The notes under the pieces were generated by a model that did not search any database, was not told the origin of the DNA, and saw only the letters and a program-made list of their open reading frames with translations. Of a stretch of 64,000 nt of DNA, positions 9,701 through 18,981 are shown one piece after another (positions within the stretch are counted from its first letter, which is position 1; each line of letters begins with the position of its first letter). Made by a program: the position numbers and the translations under genes. Source of the DNA: a candidate division WOR-3 bacterium (GTDB lineage: Bacteria > Hydrothermota > Tepidihabitantia > Tepidihabitantales > Tepidihabitantaceae); the NCBI GenBank assembly GCA_965649295.1, contig CBFGKH010000004.1, forward strand, positions 32,001 to 96,000, written 5' to 3'.

Positions 9701-12295
9701 CGTGTTTGGGTTCGGATGATATCACGTACCACCGACCCAGGCATCTATACTTCACCATATGAACTCAGGAAAGACGCGCAAGGACGCCTTGAAGAGGAAG
9801 CAGCATTACTACTGGGCTATCAACGCCTACGGGCTGACCGGCGGGCGGTCATTACCCGCGTCGCTGCCGACCGGGACGACTACCGCGACTACCGCGAACT
9901 CCGCATCTACGTTCACGATGACGGCAACTCGCTCAGCTTTCTTCTTCGCCTTGGGTCCGACTCACTCAACTACTACGAGTATCGGGCTCCAATAACTGCC
10001 GGACGACTCGTGCCTGGCCGCGATGACCGGTGGTATGAGTTCGCAATCCCCCTCGACTCGTTGCCGATACTCAAGGTCCTCAAGGCCCAGCGTGACTCAC
10101 AGACTACGCCAACCGATACATTCAGCCGCGGCCAGTATCGCCTTCGCGGCAACCCGACACTGGCCGACATCCGCTACACCGCCCTTGGCATCGAGAACGA
10201 AACTAACGATTTGATATCCGGGGCAATCTGGTTCAATGACATGCGACTGTCCGGGCCTCGTCGCGAGACCGGCTACGGTGCCCAGGCTCGAGCCGCTCTG
10301 TCCCTTGCCGACTTTGTCACTGCCAGCGCCAACGTCAACTACTCAGATCCAAATTTCCGCCGATTCAGTGAGGGGCGTGAGGTCAAAATTGGTGGATTCG
10401 GTACCCAGCTGGCCGCGAGCATCCGTACCAACTTTGACCGGCTGCTACCCTATAGTTGGGGACTCTCGATACCACTTCTCTATCAGGTTTCAAGGCAGGA
10501 AAACCTGCCGAAGTACTCAACTGACTACTCTGATCTGCGCACAGCCGGCACAATTGACAGTTTGGAACGGTCATTTGGCCGAACTGAGGAATTTGCCATC
10601 GAGAACGTCCGCAAGCAGCGATCAGGCAGTCGGTTACTCAACTACACGGTTGAAGCTCTGACTTTTTCCGGCCGCCGCCGCAAGGCCACCAACCAAGGCC
10701 CACTCGGCACCGACACCTCGACGAGCACAACTACCCAACTTGCCTATGCAATCGCGCCCGCCTGGCGAATAGGGGTCTGGGGCGACGAAGAACTATCCCT
10801 CCTGCCCCAGAACATTCGTCTTGCCGCCGTCCAAACCCAGCGCCGAGATTTCCGACGCACTTTCCGTCCCCGGCTCGACTCAACCTTGGTGCGGGCCGCA
10901 GTTCTCAGCACCGATGCCAGCATTGACTACTCACCGTTTGATGAGCTGGACTTTGGTCTTGACTTCCAGTCCGAACGTGACCTGCTGCCTGATTCAGCTC
11001 GGCCGTGGTACCAACGAGTCGGAACCGAGGCAAGTCAAGACCAGAGTTTCGATGCTGGCTACGAGATTGAACTTGGCGACGTCCTAACGCCGAGTATTGA
11101 CTTCAGTAGCTCCTACTCACACGACCGGCTCAAAGCTGGCAACCAATACCTGTCGGTACGCAACATGAACAACTCCGGCGATGTTGACCTGTCGCTTGGC
11201 CTGGATATTCCCGAGATTCTCGAACGACTTGGCGCTGAACCAACCCCTAGCCGCACCCGAGCGGCCGCTGAGACTTCCAGTGTTCCCAGCCGGGCCGCAC
11301 CGAAGACAGGAACTGCGTTGCGTCAGCGTCTCGGTCGAATCGCCCGCTATATCGAGCCCGTTGACATCGCCTACTCCTATTCCCGCGGAAGCGACCTTGT
11401 TGCCGTGTCGGGCGATGCTCCGATTGCCTATCGGTTCGGCATCGTCAACTACTTCACTACCAGTGAATCTGCCCCGCCGACAAGCATCACCCGTGACCAG
11501 GACAATACCTTGCGCGCCTCTTCCGGCCTGCGCTTCGGCGAAGTGTCCAGCCGGGTAGCTTTTGACGCCACTGGCGGCCGGCAGTATCGCATCATTTCTC
11601 GCAACCAAAGTGCAGTACTAGATAGCACCGTCACTTGGCCGGACCTGACACTGAACATCGGTAAAGTACACAACCTGTTCAAGGAGCTTGCGACCAGCTC
11701 GACTCTGTCCTCGCGGTTTGCGCTACGTCGTGTTTTGTCTGGCGAACTAAGACGAGATACACTGGACCGAGAGTATCTCGCTGTCTATGGCCGTACGGAA
11801 ACCAACCGGGTCGAATTCAGTCCTCTGCTCTCCTGGCAGACCAGCTGGAAACGACGGGTGACGACCACACTGTCGGCTAACTACACCATGGCGCGAGCAA
11901 CGAGTTTTCGCAACGAGACAGGAACAAACAAAGGAGAATCGGATACGCGCACACGCGGGGCCGAACTTTCACTTGCCTATTCGTTTGCGGCGCCTCAAGG
12001 TATCAAACTGCCGTTTCTATCCAAGGTCCGCTTCTCATCCGACCTAAGCCTGACCTGGTCCCTGCGCTACTCCAACAGCCTGCGCCGCGATCGGCTAATC
12101 ACCGACCAGAACCAAAACCCAAACTGGACCGGGCTGCAGAACGATAACTCGGTAGCAACCACCCTCTCTGCTTCCTATCGCTTCTCCCGCTCAATTGAAG
12201 CAGGATTGCAAACCGGCTACTCTCGGGCAAAAGGGCTGGCCCCGCAAACGACCGAGACGCTAGACCTCAATGTCTGGGTGATGTTCCGGTTCTAG
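6704..12295 (+). CDS. sprA: SprA/Sov-like type IX secretion system outer-membrane translocon
   Basis: 1863 aa, signal peptide; L.Y.G.EDEIVQ.VELGN, GLFG....GRLG, DYTIDY..G.I.F, W.WAS.P, EDTGLDG, FLLRLGSD..NYYEY, GNPTL..IRY, IWFNDMRL blocks recognised from SprA; C-terminal aromatic beta-signal (VMFRF). Confidence 0.85.
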   Translation: MSTPAHRLLLLLFLVTIAAADPTLYEPIRFVARPDYELGYVFIERWRGNQYIGVERVVTISDYLDYELRRSVSETWRQKVERTQERREIEADASGLIPDIVLPKLPLFGEGSRIDISGRDRITLGGRQTFVRGAYLSSGSLFPELKMEQQLSVLLNGTIGERTKVTIDYDVERRSSDNKVLLAYTGTEDEIVQTVELGNTRLSIPATAYTGDLPARKGLFGASARGRLGGIDIYAVASREESQGQTQTFTGRRIVNTDTIYCGQYLPRRFYVLPVPETTTVRSVRVYIDDKNQSNNQTSEPGIATVWPDQPDRLPDSTNWTYDRAPGAFDPRIANKDYIIHPGNIIEFTTTIDNNNVIGLIIETATDTIGGSYYQDSLVLLLLKPERTDTSSLTWDNEMRNIYSLRRNDVSLQSFRLYRDSTGSVDLEYEDQGPNAGRRFSEILGIDPDGDGRIDYPWFEAKTGLIRFPGRKPFQDPGLSVRESIIYRKEPSQLRPDEGRKYFIVATYTSTTEKYYLGQPDITENSERVMVNGEVWRRGDDYTIDYRAGTINFVRPLLPDANIQVTYEYQPIFSISQKSLVGTRAEWNPAPATRVGTSLFFRGEGTADERPQLGTEPFNRAIAEADAAYAWTSDAVTAFIDRLPVIRASNPTRFDAAGEVALSLPDPNTRGTAWLDDFSGTTLTSDVSITSGLWSWASVPVEKDTADFATRPIFWRNARRGQQVPIDSVFGPQTGRSGETHDYLRVIYQPDSNNPNSWAGIMTGISGGSNLSDFENLQIVLRSRRRSGRIHITVGYSIDEDAPRRNRAGRIVGYDGINNTEDRNGNGILDADEDTGLDGIFGDDSKWNPDSADDGNDDFDEEINPNGTEGNRRTTPDAEDLDRSGFSRYNHYFECAINLDDARWLQPLHRDWQLLRVPLKDSTIFRATGRPRWEDVRLVRIWFDNFIATDTIDFYSIEFTGSRWASPRLTTLTGQPVRPPKRDTLTPIWHHNTASDTVDRVWVRMISRTTDPGIYTSPYELRKDAQGRLEEEAALLLGYQRLRADRRAVITRVAADRDDYRDYRELRIYVHDDGNSLSFLLRLGSDSLNYYEYRAPITAGRLVPGRDDRWYEFAIPLDSLPILKVLKAQRDSQTTPTDTFSRGQYRLRGNPTLADIRYTALGIENETNDLISGAIWFNDMRLSGPRRETGYGAQARAALSLADFVTASANVNYSDPNFRRFSEGREVKIGGFGTQLAASIRTNFDRLLPYSWGLSIPLLYQVSRQENLPKYSTDYSDLRTAGTIDSLERSFGRTEEFAIENVRKQRSGSRLLNYTVEALTFSGRRRKATNQGPLGTDTSTSTTTQLAYAIAPAWRIGVWGDEELSLLPQNIRLAAVQTQRRDFRRTFRPRLDSTLVRAAVLSTDASIDYSPFDELDFGLDFQSERDLLPDSARPWYQRVGTEASQDQSFDAGYEIELGDVLTPSIDFSSSYSHDRLKAGNQYLSVRNMNNSGDVDLSLGLDIPEILERLGAEPTPSRTRAAAETSSVPSRAAPKTGTALRQRLGRIARYIEPVDIAYSYSRGSDLVAVSGDAPIAYRFGIVNYFTTSESAPPTSITRDQDNTLRASSGLRFGEVSSRVAFDATGGRQYRIISRNQSAVLDSTVTWPDLTLNIGKVHNLFKELATSSTLSSRFALRRVLSGELRRDTLDREYLAVYGRTETNRVEFSPLLSWQTSWKRRVTTTLSANYTMARATSFRNETGTNKGESDTRTRGAELSLAYSFAAPQGIKLPFLSKVRFSSDLSLTWSLRYSNSLRRDRLITDQNQNPNWTGLQNDNSVATTLSASYRFSRSIEAGLQTGYSRAKGLAPQTTETLDLNVWVMFRF

Positions 12296-13461
12296 TTGCG
12301 GAGCGCTGCCAGCAGCGTGTAGGCCGCGAGACGCGGATTGACTCCGTAGCGCGAGCAATCGTCCTTTCTTGCTAACAGATACTTCACTGCTCGTCGCAGA
12401 TAATCCGGCTGCAGATTATCAATCCGACGGCGCGCAGCAGGATTTCGCTCGATGAAATCTGAACCGGCGCCTAGCCGGTAGCGCATAGCCTGGCGGTAGA
12501 GAAACAGGAAAGTACCAACGACTATCGGTGCCGGCGTATCTGCGAGTTCTTCGAGCAGTTGAAGTGGTTGGCCAGTCCCCTGACAGAAGTAGTCGACAAT
12601 CGACTGACTCAGCACCGCCTCTGGCTCGGTTAGGAACCGGTCGGCCAGTCCAAGCGATCCCGCCCCAAACAATCCAGCCAGCGCGGCCTGTTCAGGATTG
12701 GCCTGCCGATGGGTCATTAGCCACTCCTGGATGACCCTTGCCGTTAGGTCGCCAAACCTAACTACCGCACAGCGTGAGCGGATCGTGTCGGGGACTGCCC
12801 ACAGGTTATCGGTGGTGAGAACGAAAGTGGTCTGCTCCTGAGGCTCCTCCAGTATCTTAAGCAAGGCATTAGCGGCCACCTCGTTCATTCGGTGCGCCAT
12901 GAGAATAATGACGAACCGCTGACGAGCGGCCAGCGGCGCCCGCGACATCTCGCTACGAAGCCAGCGAATCGTGCCAATGTGAATCTGATGACGCGGATCC
13001 GGTACCGGCTGCGACCTGCCGAGGCAGTACTCAGGATACCGACTCGTTGTTTCCGAGGCGTACTCCTCTGGCTTGGCGTCATCGCCACTCAGTGCCTTGA
13101 TCGGAAAAACAAGCTTCACATCGGGATGTGTAAGGGATGCAATACTGCGACATGCTCGACAATCACCGCAGGGATTGAAGGTCGGTTCCTGGCCGCCCGC
13201 GGCATCTCTTGGGTCAAATGCCTTCTGTTCTTGACAATTCGCCGCCTGGGCCAGTCGCAGGGCAGCGGTTCGCTTACCGACTCCAGCCTGACCAATGAAA
13301 AGTAGTGACTGCCGGTGGTCGGCAGCTAACCAACGACCAAGCACCCGCACGACCCGATCTTGCCCGACGATCAAAGAACCGGGCTGTGAGCTCGAAAGCC
13401 CAAAGGTCAAGCTTACTGATTTGGAATTCGAGATTCGCGGGCCGGACCTAGCTCTAGCCAT
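12292..13461 (-). CDS. holB: DNA polymerase III subunit delta-prime-like clamp-loader subunit
   Basis: LLFIGQAGVGK, PCGDCRAC zinc site, HPDV, AANALLKILEEP, TIRSRC. Confidence 0.85.
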   Translation of the reverse strand: MARARSGPRISNSKSVSLTFGLSSSQPGSLIVGQDRVVRVLGRWLAADHRQSLLFIGQAGVGKRTAALRLAQAANCQEQKAFDPRDAAGGQEPTFNPCGDCRACRSIASLTHPDVKLVFPIKALSGDDAKPEEYASETTSRYPEYCLGRSQPVPDPRHQIHIGTIRWLRSEMSRAPLAARQRFVIILMAHRMNEVAANALLKILEEPQEQTTFVLTTDNLWAVPDTIRSRCAVVRFGDLTARVIQEWLMTHRQANPEQAALAGLFGAGSLGLADRFLTEPEAVLSQSIVDYFCQGTGQPLQLLEELADTPAPIVVGTFLFLYRQAMRYRLGAGSDFIERNPAARRRIDNLQPDYLRRAVKYLLARKDDCSRYGVNPRLAAYTLLAALRN

Positions 13462-13464
13462 TTC

Positions 13465-14625
13465 TCACTTCCCGAGCCATATCATCGGGTCCACTGGTCT
13501 GCCGTCCTTACGCACCTCAAAGTGAAGGCTCTCACCAACAGTTCCGATTGGTGTGTCTTCACCTACCTCGGCACCGACCCTTGCCGCCATCTCATCAAGG
13601 CCACCGTAGAGAGTGTAATACCCATCACCATGATCGATGATTATCAGATTACCATAACCCATGAAGCGGTCGGCATAGGCCACTCTGCCAGCCGCCACCG
13701 CCTTCACCGGTTCTCCTGGCTTTGTCTTGATGTCTATGCCAAGACTGGTTGTTCGCGTACCATAGCGCGGATCGGTCTGGGTACCGAATCCAGTAACTAC
13801 GGTCCCTCGCACTGGCCACGGTAGCTTGCCACGCAGGGCAGCCAGCCCCCCGGCGCCAGTCCAGTTTGCCCGCTTCGCTTCCAGTTCGAGCACAAGGGCC
13901 GTGAGTCGGTCAGCCGCTGCCTGCAGCTGAGCGCGAACTGCCTCTCGCTCTGCGCTCTGTGAACGCACCGAACGCAGCAGAATCCGCTCCTGCTCCTGCG
14001 CTTCGGCCAGACTTGCCTGCTGACGGGCTTGTTCCTCCTGCAACCGACTGATTTCAGCTTGAGCCGCCTCGAGCCGAGCGCGTTGTCGGCCCAGGTCAAG
14101 TTGCAAGACAGTCATCTCGTCAGCCAGCCTCTGATCAGCTCTGGCAATCCAACGCAGATAGACCATCCGACGATAGAAACTGGTCAGACTCCGTGTCGAG
14201 AGTAATGCATCAAGAGCAATGGTTCGTCCGTACTTGTAGATTGCCACGAGACGCCGACCAAGATCACGCTTGCGCTGACTGATGCGGTCAGTTATTCTTT
14301 CAATCTCACGGGCAACCGCGGCCACTTCGCGTCGCCGCGCCTCGGCCTGGGCCGAAAGCCCAGCCAAGTAGCGTCGAGTCAGTGCAATTCGCTCAGCATA
14401 GGCATCAATCTTCGCTAACGTCATCTGTTCCTGCTGGCCCAGTTCAACAAGTTGCTGTCTAACCTGATCAAGCCGGGCGCGTGTCGAACTTAATTCAGCC
14501 TGGTTCTTGGCAATCAGCGAGTCAAGAGCAGCTGCGCTGGTATCAGCCAGCCCAATCGAGTCGAGCGGCTGTGCTGTAAGCTGTGTCGACAGCAGTAGTA
14601 ACCAGCAAGCCAACCACCTGTTCAT
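13465..14625 (-). CDS. envC: EnvC-like murein hydrolase activator (coiled coil plus degenerate LytM/M23)
   Basis: Signal peptide, long coiled coil, GKLPWPV, GIDI, YGNLIIIDHG, LHFEVR; follows ftsEX. Confidence 0.85.
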   Translation of the reverse strand: MNRWLACWLLLLSTQLTAQPLDSIGLADTSAAALDSLIAKNQAELSSTRARLDQVRQQLVELGQQEQMTLAKIDAYAERIALTRRYLAGLSAQAEARRREVAAVAREIERITDRISQRKRDLGRRLVAIYKYGRTIALDALLSTRSLTSFYRRMVYLRWIARADQRLADEMTVLQLDLGRQRARLEAAQAEISRLQEEQARQQASLAEAQEQERILLRSVRSQSAEREAVRAQLQAAADRLTALVLELEAKRANWTGAGGLAALRGKLPWPVRGTVVTGFGTQTDPRYGTRTTSLGIDIKTKPGEPVKAVAAGRVAYADRFMGYGNLIIIDHGDGYYTLYGGLDEMAARVGAEVGEDTPIGTVGESLHFEVRKDGRPVDPMIWLGK

Positions 14626-14655
14626 TGCTGTCCGACCAGCAGTAGCTGCACCTGG

Positions 14656-15555
14656 CTAGCCCCTGGCTTGAGGCTTCGGTCTTGAAGACCGGATCTTCGG
14701 CTGGGGCAACTGCTGTATCCGGCCGAGCGCAAGTGCCGCTCCCAGCAACCCAAGCAATGTCCCAAGACCGAGGTTGACCCCAAGCACGAGCGACAACGGG
14801 AATAGCGGTACAGCAACAACCGCCGCTACCAATCGATAGAACACAAAAACAAGCAGTATCGATGTGATTCCACCGGCCAGTCCCTGTACCGCGCCTTCGA
14901 TAATAAACGGCAACCGTACCGTCATCCGTTCGGCACCAACAAGCTCCATCACTGCAATCTCATGCCGACGGGCAACAATCGAGCTATCAACGGTCTGGAA
15001 CACAATGAAGGCGACAGCTATCGAGACCACGACTAGCATCATGATATCCACCGCCACCGCCGTTCGAGTTATCTGAGTGAGTCGATCAATCATCTCCTTC
15101 CCGGACCAGACCTCAGCCACGCCCGGCAGCAAGGCAATCTTCTGCTCAATCTCGCCGATCCGATCAGCGCTGGCATAGTCGGGATGGATTGTTACCCTTA
15201 CCGAAGCTGGCAACGGGTTGTCTCCCAGAGCTGAAAGCAAAGCCGTGTCCTCACCGAGCTCAGTCGCAAGTTCAGCCAACGCCTCTTCCTTCGAAACGAA
15301 CCTAGTACCGGTGACCCCTTCAATTAGGCCAATCCGTTCGGTGAGACGACTGCCCGCTGCCGGTTCGAGAAGAAAAACGTCTATCTCCGCCTGCCGGCCC
15401 GCGACCCGCACCAGCGCTACCACGTTGACAGTCAACAACGCGAAAAGCGATAGTACCATAAGACAGACACCAAGCACCGCTGCCGACAACAAGAAACCAT
15501 TCCGATTGCGGAGAATACCCAATCGTACCGAGTCGAGAAGGTAGCTAGCCCTCAT
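14656..15555 (-). CDS. ftsX: Cell division ABC permease FtsX
   Basis: FVSKEEAL, NPLPAS, RRHEIAVMELVGA...VRLPFIIEG; ATG 15555 overlaps ftsE end. Confidence 0.92.
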   Translation of the reverse strand: MRASYLLDSVRLGILRNRNGFLLSAAVLGVCLMVLSLFALLTVNVVALVRVAGRQAEIDVFLLEPAAGSRLTERIGLIEGVTGTRFVSKEEALAELATELGEDTALLSALGDNPLPASVRVTIHPDYASADRIGEIEQKIALLPGVAEVWSGKEMIDRLTQITRTAVAVDIMMLVVVSIAVAFIVFQTVDSSIVARRHEIAVMELVGAERMTVRLPFIIEGAVQGLAGGITSILLVFVFYRLVAAVVAVPLFPLSLVLGVNLGLGTLLGLLGAALALGRIQQLPQPKIRSSRPKPQARG

Positions 15556-16240
15556 CGCGCACCACCCTGCCAGCATCGAGTGTTACCCGTCGCCGCCGGG
15601 TCCTCTCGGCCAAATCAGCATCATGGGTTGCCATGATCACGGTTGCACCGGCGTAGTTGATATCCTTGAGGATATTGAGAATGTCGGCTGCCGCCTTAGG
15701 ATCAATGTTGCCGGTTGGTTCATCCGCTAAGAGCAGCTCAGGTTCCTTGACCAACGCTCGGGCGATTGCTGCCTTCTGCTGTTCGCCGCCGGAGAGCTCG
15801 TGGGGAAAGTTGTCTTTCTTGTGAACCAGTCCAAGCCGCGTCAGCGTACCTTGAATCCGGCCCGGTATCTGCTCTGCCGGCGTGCCAATTACCCGCAATA
15901 CAAACTCGAGGTTCTCATAAACCGTCCGTTCCGCCAGCAGCCGAAAGTCCTGAAAAACAATCCCGATCCGACGACGCAGTTTGGGCACGTCACCCGGTCC
16001 AAGCTGATTTACGTTCATCCCCAGCACCCACACCTCACCAGCATCAGCTATGTCCTGTCGATAGAGCAGACGTAGCAACGTTGTCTTGCCAGCACCGGTC
16101 GCACCCAACAGAAACACGAAGTCACCCTTGTCCACTACAAAACTTACATCGGTCAGAGCCGGCCAGGCGCCACCATAGAGGCGTGAGACCCCTATGAGCT
16201 CAACTGCCCGAATAGTCTCTTCACCGGCAACCTTTGTCAT
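15545..16240 (-). CDS. ftsE: Cell division ATP-binding protein FtsE
   Basis: GATGAGKTT, LRRRIGIVFQDFRLL, LSGGEQQ, LLADEPTGN. Confidence 0.94.
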   Translation of the reverse strand: MTKVAGEETIRAVELIGVSRLYGGAWPALTDVSFVVDKGDFVFLLGATGAGKTTLLRLLYRQDIADAGEVWVLGMNVNQLGPGDVPKLRRRIGIVFQDFRLLAERTVYENLEFVLRVIGTPAEQIPGRIQGTLTRLGLVHKKDNFPHELSGGEQQKAAIARALVKEPELLLADEPTGNIDPKAAADILNILKDINYAGATVIMATHDADLAERTRRRRVTLDAGRVVRDEG

Positions 16241-16261
16241 CAGTAGCTCACCCTCACCCTT

Positions 16262-16921
16262 TCATCGGAAATACCACTTGAGCAAATACCAGCAGGCCAT
16301 AATTCCGTCTCGCGGACCAATCTTCTTGCCCTCAGTGCGGGCGTTATACCGGATTGGCCGCTCAACAATCCTGGCTCGTTTACGCAGCAACTTCACAGTT
16401 ATCTCTGGCTCGATCTCGAAACGGCTAGCAGTCAGCTCAAGACTCTGAAAAAGCGGTCGGCGAATGACCTTATAGCAAGTCTCCATATCAGTAATCCGGC
16501 CGCCAAACAGAATGTCAGTCCAGAATGTCAAGAAGTAGTTGGCCAGCCGACTTAGCAACAGAAACCGACCTCGCCCACGAAAACGCGAGCCGTAAACCGC
16601 ATCCACGTGCGGATCGGCAAACGGCGCAAGCAGCTTCGGATAATCGTCCGGATCGTATTCAAGATCAGCATCCTGAATCACCACCACGTCACCGGTCGCA
16701 TGCTTCAGCGCGGTGCGGATTGCTGCACCTTTGCCTTGATTAGTCGAATGAGCAAACACCCTGATTCCCGGTATTCGCTTCAGCACCTCAAGGGTTCGGT
16801 CCTGCGAATGATCGTCAACAACGATTATCTCTTTGTCAACTGGCACGGCCTTGACGCGGGCAATTAGCTGCTCAACCGAAGCTTCCTCGTTATACACCGG
16901 GATGAGGACCGACAGTTTCAC
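16262..16921 (-). CDS. GT2 glycosyltransferase, polyprenol-phosphate (DPM-synthase-like) type
   Basis: SVLIPVYNE, VDDHSQD, NQGKGAA, IQDADLEYDP, GSRF, TDMETCYK. Confidence 0.9.
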   Translation of the reverse strand: MKLSVLIPVYNEEASVEQLIARVKAVPVDKEIIVVDDHSQDRTLEVLKRIPGIRVFAHSTNQGKGAAIRTALKHATGDVVVIQDADLEYDPDDYPKLLAPFADPHVDAVYGSRFRGRGRFLLLSRLANYFLTFWTDILFGGRITDMETCYKVIRRPLFQSLELTASRFEIEPEITVKLLRKRARIVERPIRYNARTEGKKIGPRDGIMACWYLLKWYFR

Positions 16922-17889
16922 GCCCCACCTACTGTTGCTGCCACTGCCACTCCGGTGAACGATTCCTGATTTCGGACCGCCGTTCGATCAGCCTCTACCC
17001 AGCCACCACGGCCCGCTGCCGAGCGGGCCAGTGCGACAAGCCAACGACTGACTGCTAACCCCAATTCGCCGTCACTTACTGGCCTTGTGCGCCCAAGACA
17101 GCAACGACAGAAATCGAGCACCTGCCTGCCCAGCGGTTGTTCACTAATCAATTCCTCGTCAGTTCGGTCGCTGTGCCCGCCACCTCCATCAACGAACACG
17201 ACCGTTCCTGCACTACCGACAACCCGCAGTCGCCTGACGACTGACGCCGTCTGCCACGCAGCCCAGCCTGTCGCAGTCGCGCCATCGTCAAACTGAAGCT
17301 GATATGACACCGCTCCGGGCCGCAGCTTGGCCCGCCCTGCTCGTGGCTCAGATTTTAGCCTGATTGCCATTGCGAGGTCATGCACGACGAGGTCAGCAAT
17401 CACGTCAGTCTTGTCGCTGACTTGCCCGGTTGAACTCCTTGCCATTACTAGTCGCCTAATCCTGCCCAGCGCACCCGCAGCGCAGGCCGCCTGCAACCGG
17501 GCAAACTCAGGATGGTAGAGCATTGTAAACCCAACCGCCAGCACCAGCCCGCGCTCACGGGCTAACCAGACGAGTCGCTGCGCCTCAACCAAATCCAGAG
17601 CCAGCGGCTTCTCCACCAGTACATCCCTACCCGCTGCCAACGCCGCCGCTGCAATCTGATAGTGAGTCTCGCTCGGCGTCGCCACTATCACTGACTGTAC
17701 TGCTGGTAGCTCAAGCAGCTCGTGCACCGTCCGAACCCTAATCGGTACGCTAACCGCCTGAGCCAAAGCGCCCGGGTCCTTGTCGGCAACCGCTACCAGC
17801 CGACACGCCGGCAGACCAGCGATTGTCCGATAGTAATTCCGCCCCCACCGTCCTAGACCGACCAGACCGATTCCAGTCCTCTCCGCCAT
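16918..17889 (-). CDS. Gfo/Idh/MocA-family NAD(P)-dependent oxidoreductase
   Basis: GLVGLGRWG Rossmann motif, VATP...H, VLVEKPLA, DLVVHD. Confidence 0.88.
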   Translation of the reverse strand: MAERTGIGLVGLGRWGRNYYRTIAGLPACRLVAVADKDPGALAQAVSVPIRVRTVHELLELPAVQSVIVATPSETHYQIAAAALAAGRDVLVEKPLALDLVEAQRLVWLARERGLVLAVGFTMLYHPEFARLQAACAAGALGRIRRLVMARSSTGQVSDKTDVIADLVVHDLAMAIRLKSEPRAGRAKLRPGAVSYQLQFDDGATATGWAAWQTASVVRRLRVVGSAGTVVFVDGGGGHSDRTDEELISEQPLGRQVLDFCRCCLGRTRPVSDGELGLAVSRWLVALARSAAGRGGWVEADRTAVRNQESFTGVAVAATVGGA

Positions 17890-18911
17890 CAGCTAGCCTG
17901 CTCTCGAAACCACTCAATCGTCATGGCCAAACCGTCAGCGAGTCGCACCTGCGGCCGCCAGCCGAGCAAACGCCGTGCCCGGCTGATATCTGGCCTTCTC
18001 CTTTTGGGGTCATTCTCCGGTAGCGGCTCGAACCGCAGCCCGCTCCTCGTCCCGGTCAGTTTCTGCACTAGTCGAGCAAACTCCAGAATTGTGAACTCAT
18101 CCGGGTTACCAAGATTGACCGGCCCAGGTTCAGAGCAGCCAGCAAGTCGATAGAGTCCTTCAACGAGGTCGCTGACATAGCAGAAGCTTCTCGTCTGCCG
18201 TCCCGAGCCGTAGATTGAGAGCGGCTGACCGTGTAGTGCCTGATAAATCAAGTTCGGTACAACCCGACCGTCGTCCAGTTTCATCCGTGGCCCATAGGTA
18301 TTGAAAATCCGTGCAATTCTGGTCGCGAGACCAAACTTACGGTGGTAGGCCATCGTCAGCGCCTCAGCATAGCGCTTCGCCTCGTCATAAACCGACCTGC
18401 CGCCAACCGGATTGACATTGCCCCAGTAACTTTCTTTCTGCGGATGCTCGAGCGGATCGCCATAGACCTCAGACGTTGAAGCCATCACAAAAACTGCCTT
18501 ATGACGGCAAGCTAGGTCAAGTAGATTCCGGGTGCCCAGCGCGCCCACCATCAACGTCTCCAGCGGATAGGCATAGTAGTCTTTCGGCGAGGCCGGCGAC
18601 GCCAGATTCCAGACTACGTCAACGCGACCACGGACCGAGACCGACTGGGTGATGTCGGCGCGAATGAACTCAAAGCCTCGCTGCCCCAGTAGCGACCGGA
18701 TGTTCGCCTCACTACCGGTCAGCAGGTTGTCAACGCATACGACTCGAAACCCTCGCCGAAGCAGATACTCGCAAAGGTGCGAACCGATGAATCCTGCCCC
18801 GCCTGCTACTACCGCTCGCATTGGCGTTGGCGACTGCCGAACTCCCAAACTGCTCACCGACGATTGACACTTCTGCCCGGCTCGCGACGAGCCGCGCTTA
18901 GTCTGGTTCAT
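17889..18911 (-). CDS. UDP-glucuronate decarboxylase (UDP-xylose synthase family SDR)
   Basis: [55 protein letters not shown]; alternative start at 18821. Confidence 0.9.
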   Translation of the reverse strand: MNQTKRGSSRAGQKCQSSVSSLGVRQSPTPMRAVVAGGAGFIGSHLCEYLLRRGFRVVCVDNLLTGSEANIRSLLGQRGFEFIRADITQSVSVRGRVDVVWNLASPASPKDYYAYPLETLMVGALGTRNLLDLACRHKAVFVMASTSEVYGDPLEHPQKESYWGNVNPVGGRSVYDEAKRYAEALTMAYHRKFGLATRIARIFNTYGPRMKLDDGRVVPNLIYQALHGQPLSIYGSGRQTRSFCYVSDLVEGLYRLAGCSEPGPVNLGNPDEFTILEFARLVQKLTGTRSGLRFEPLPENDPKRRRPDISRARRLLGWRPQVRLADGLAMTIEWFREQAS

Positions 18912-18981
18912 CCGCGCCTCATCCTACTCTTGGCAACAGTTCTCAATTCGGCACTCGCGTCGCCGGTTCTTGGCCGGTCAG

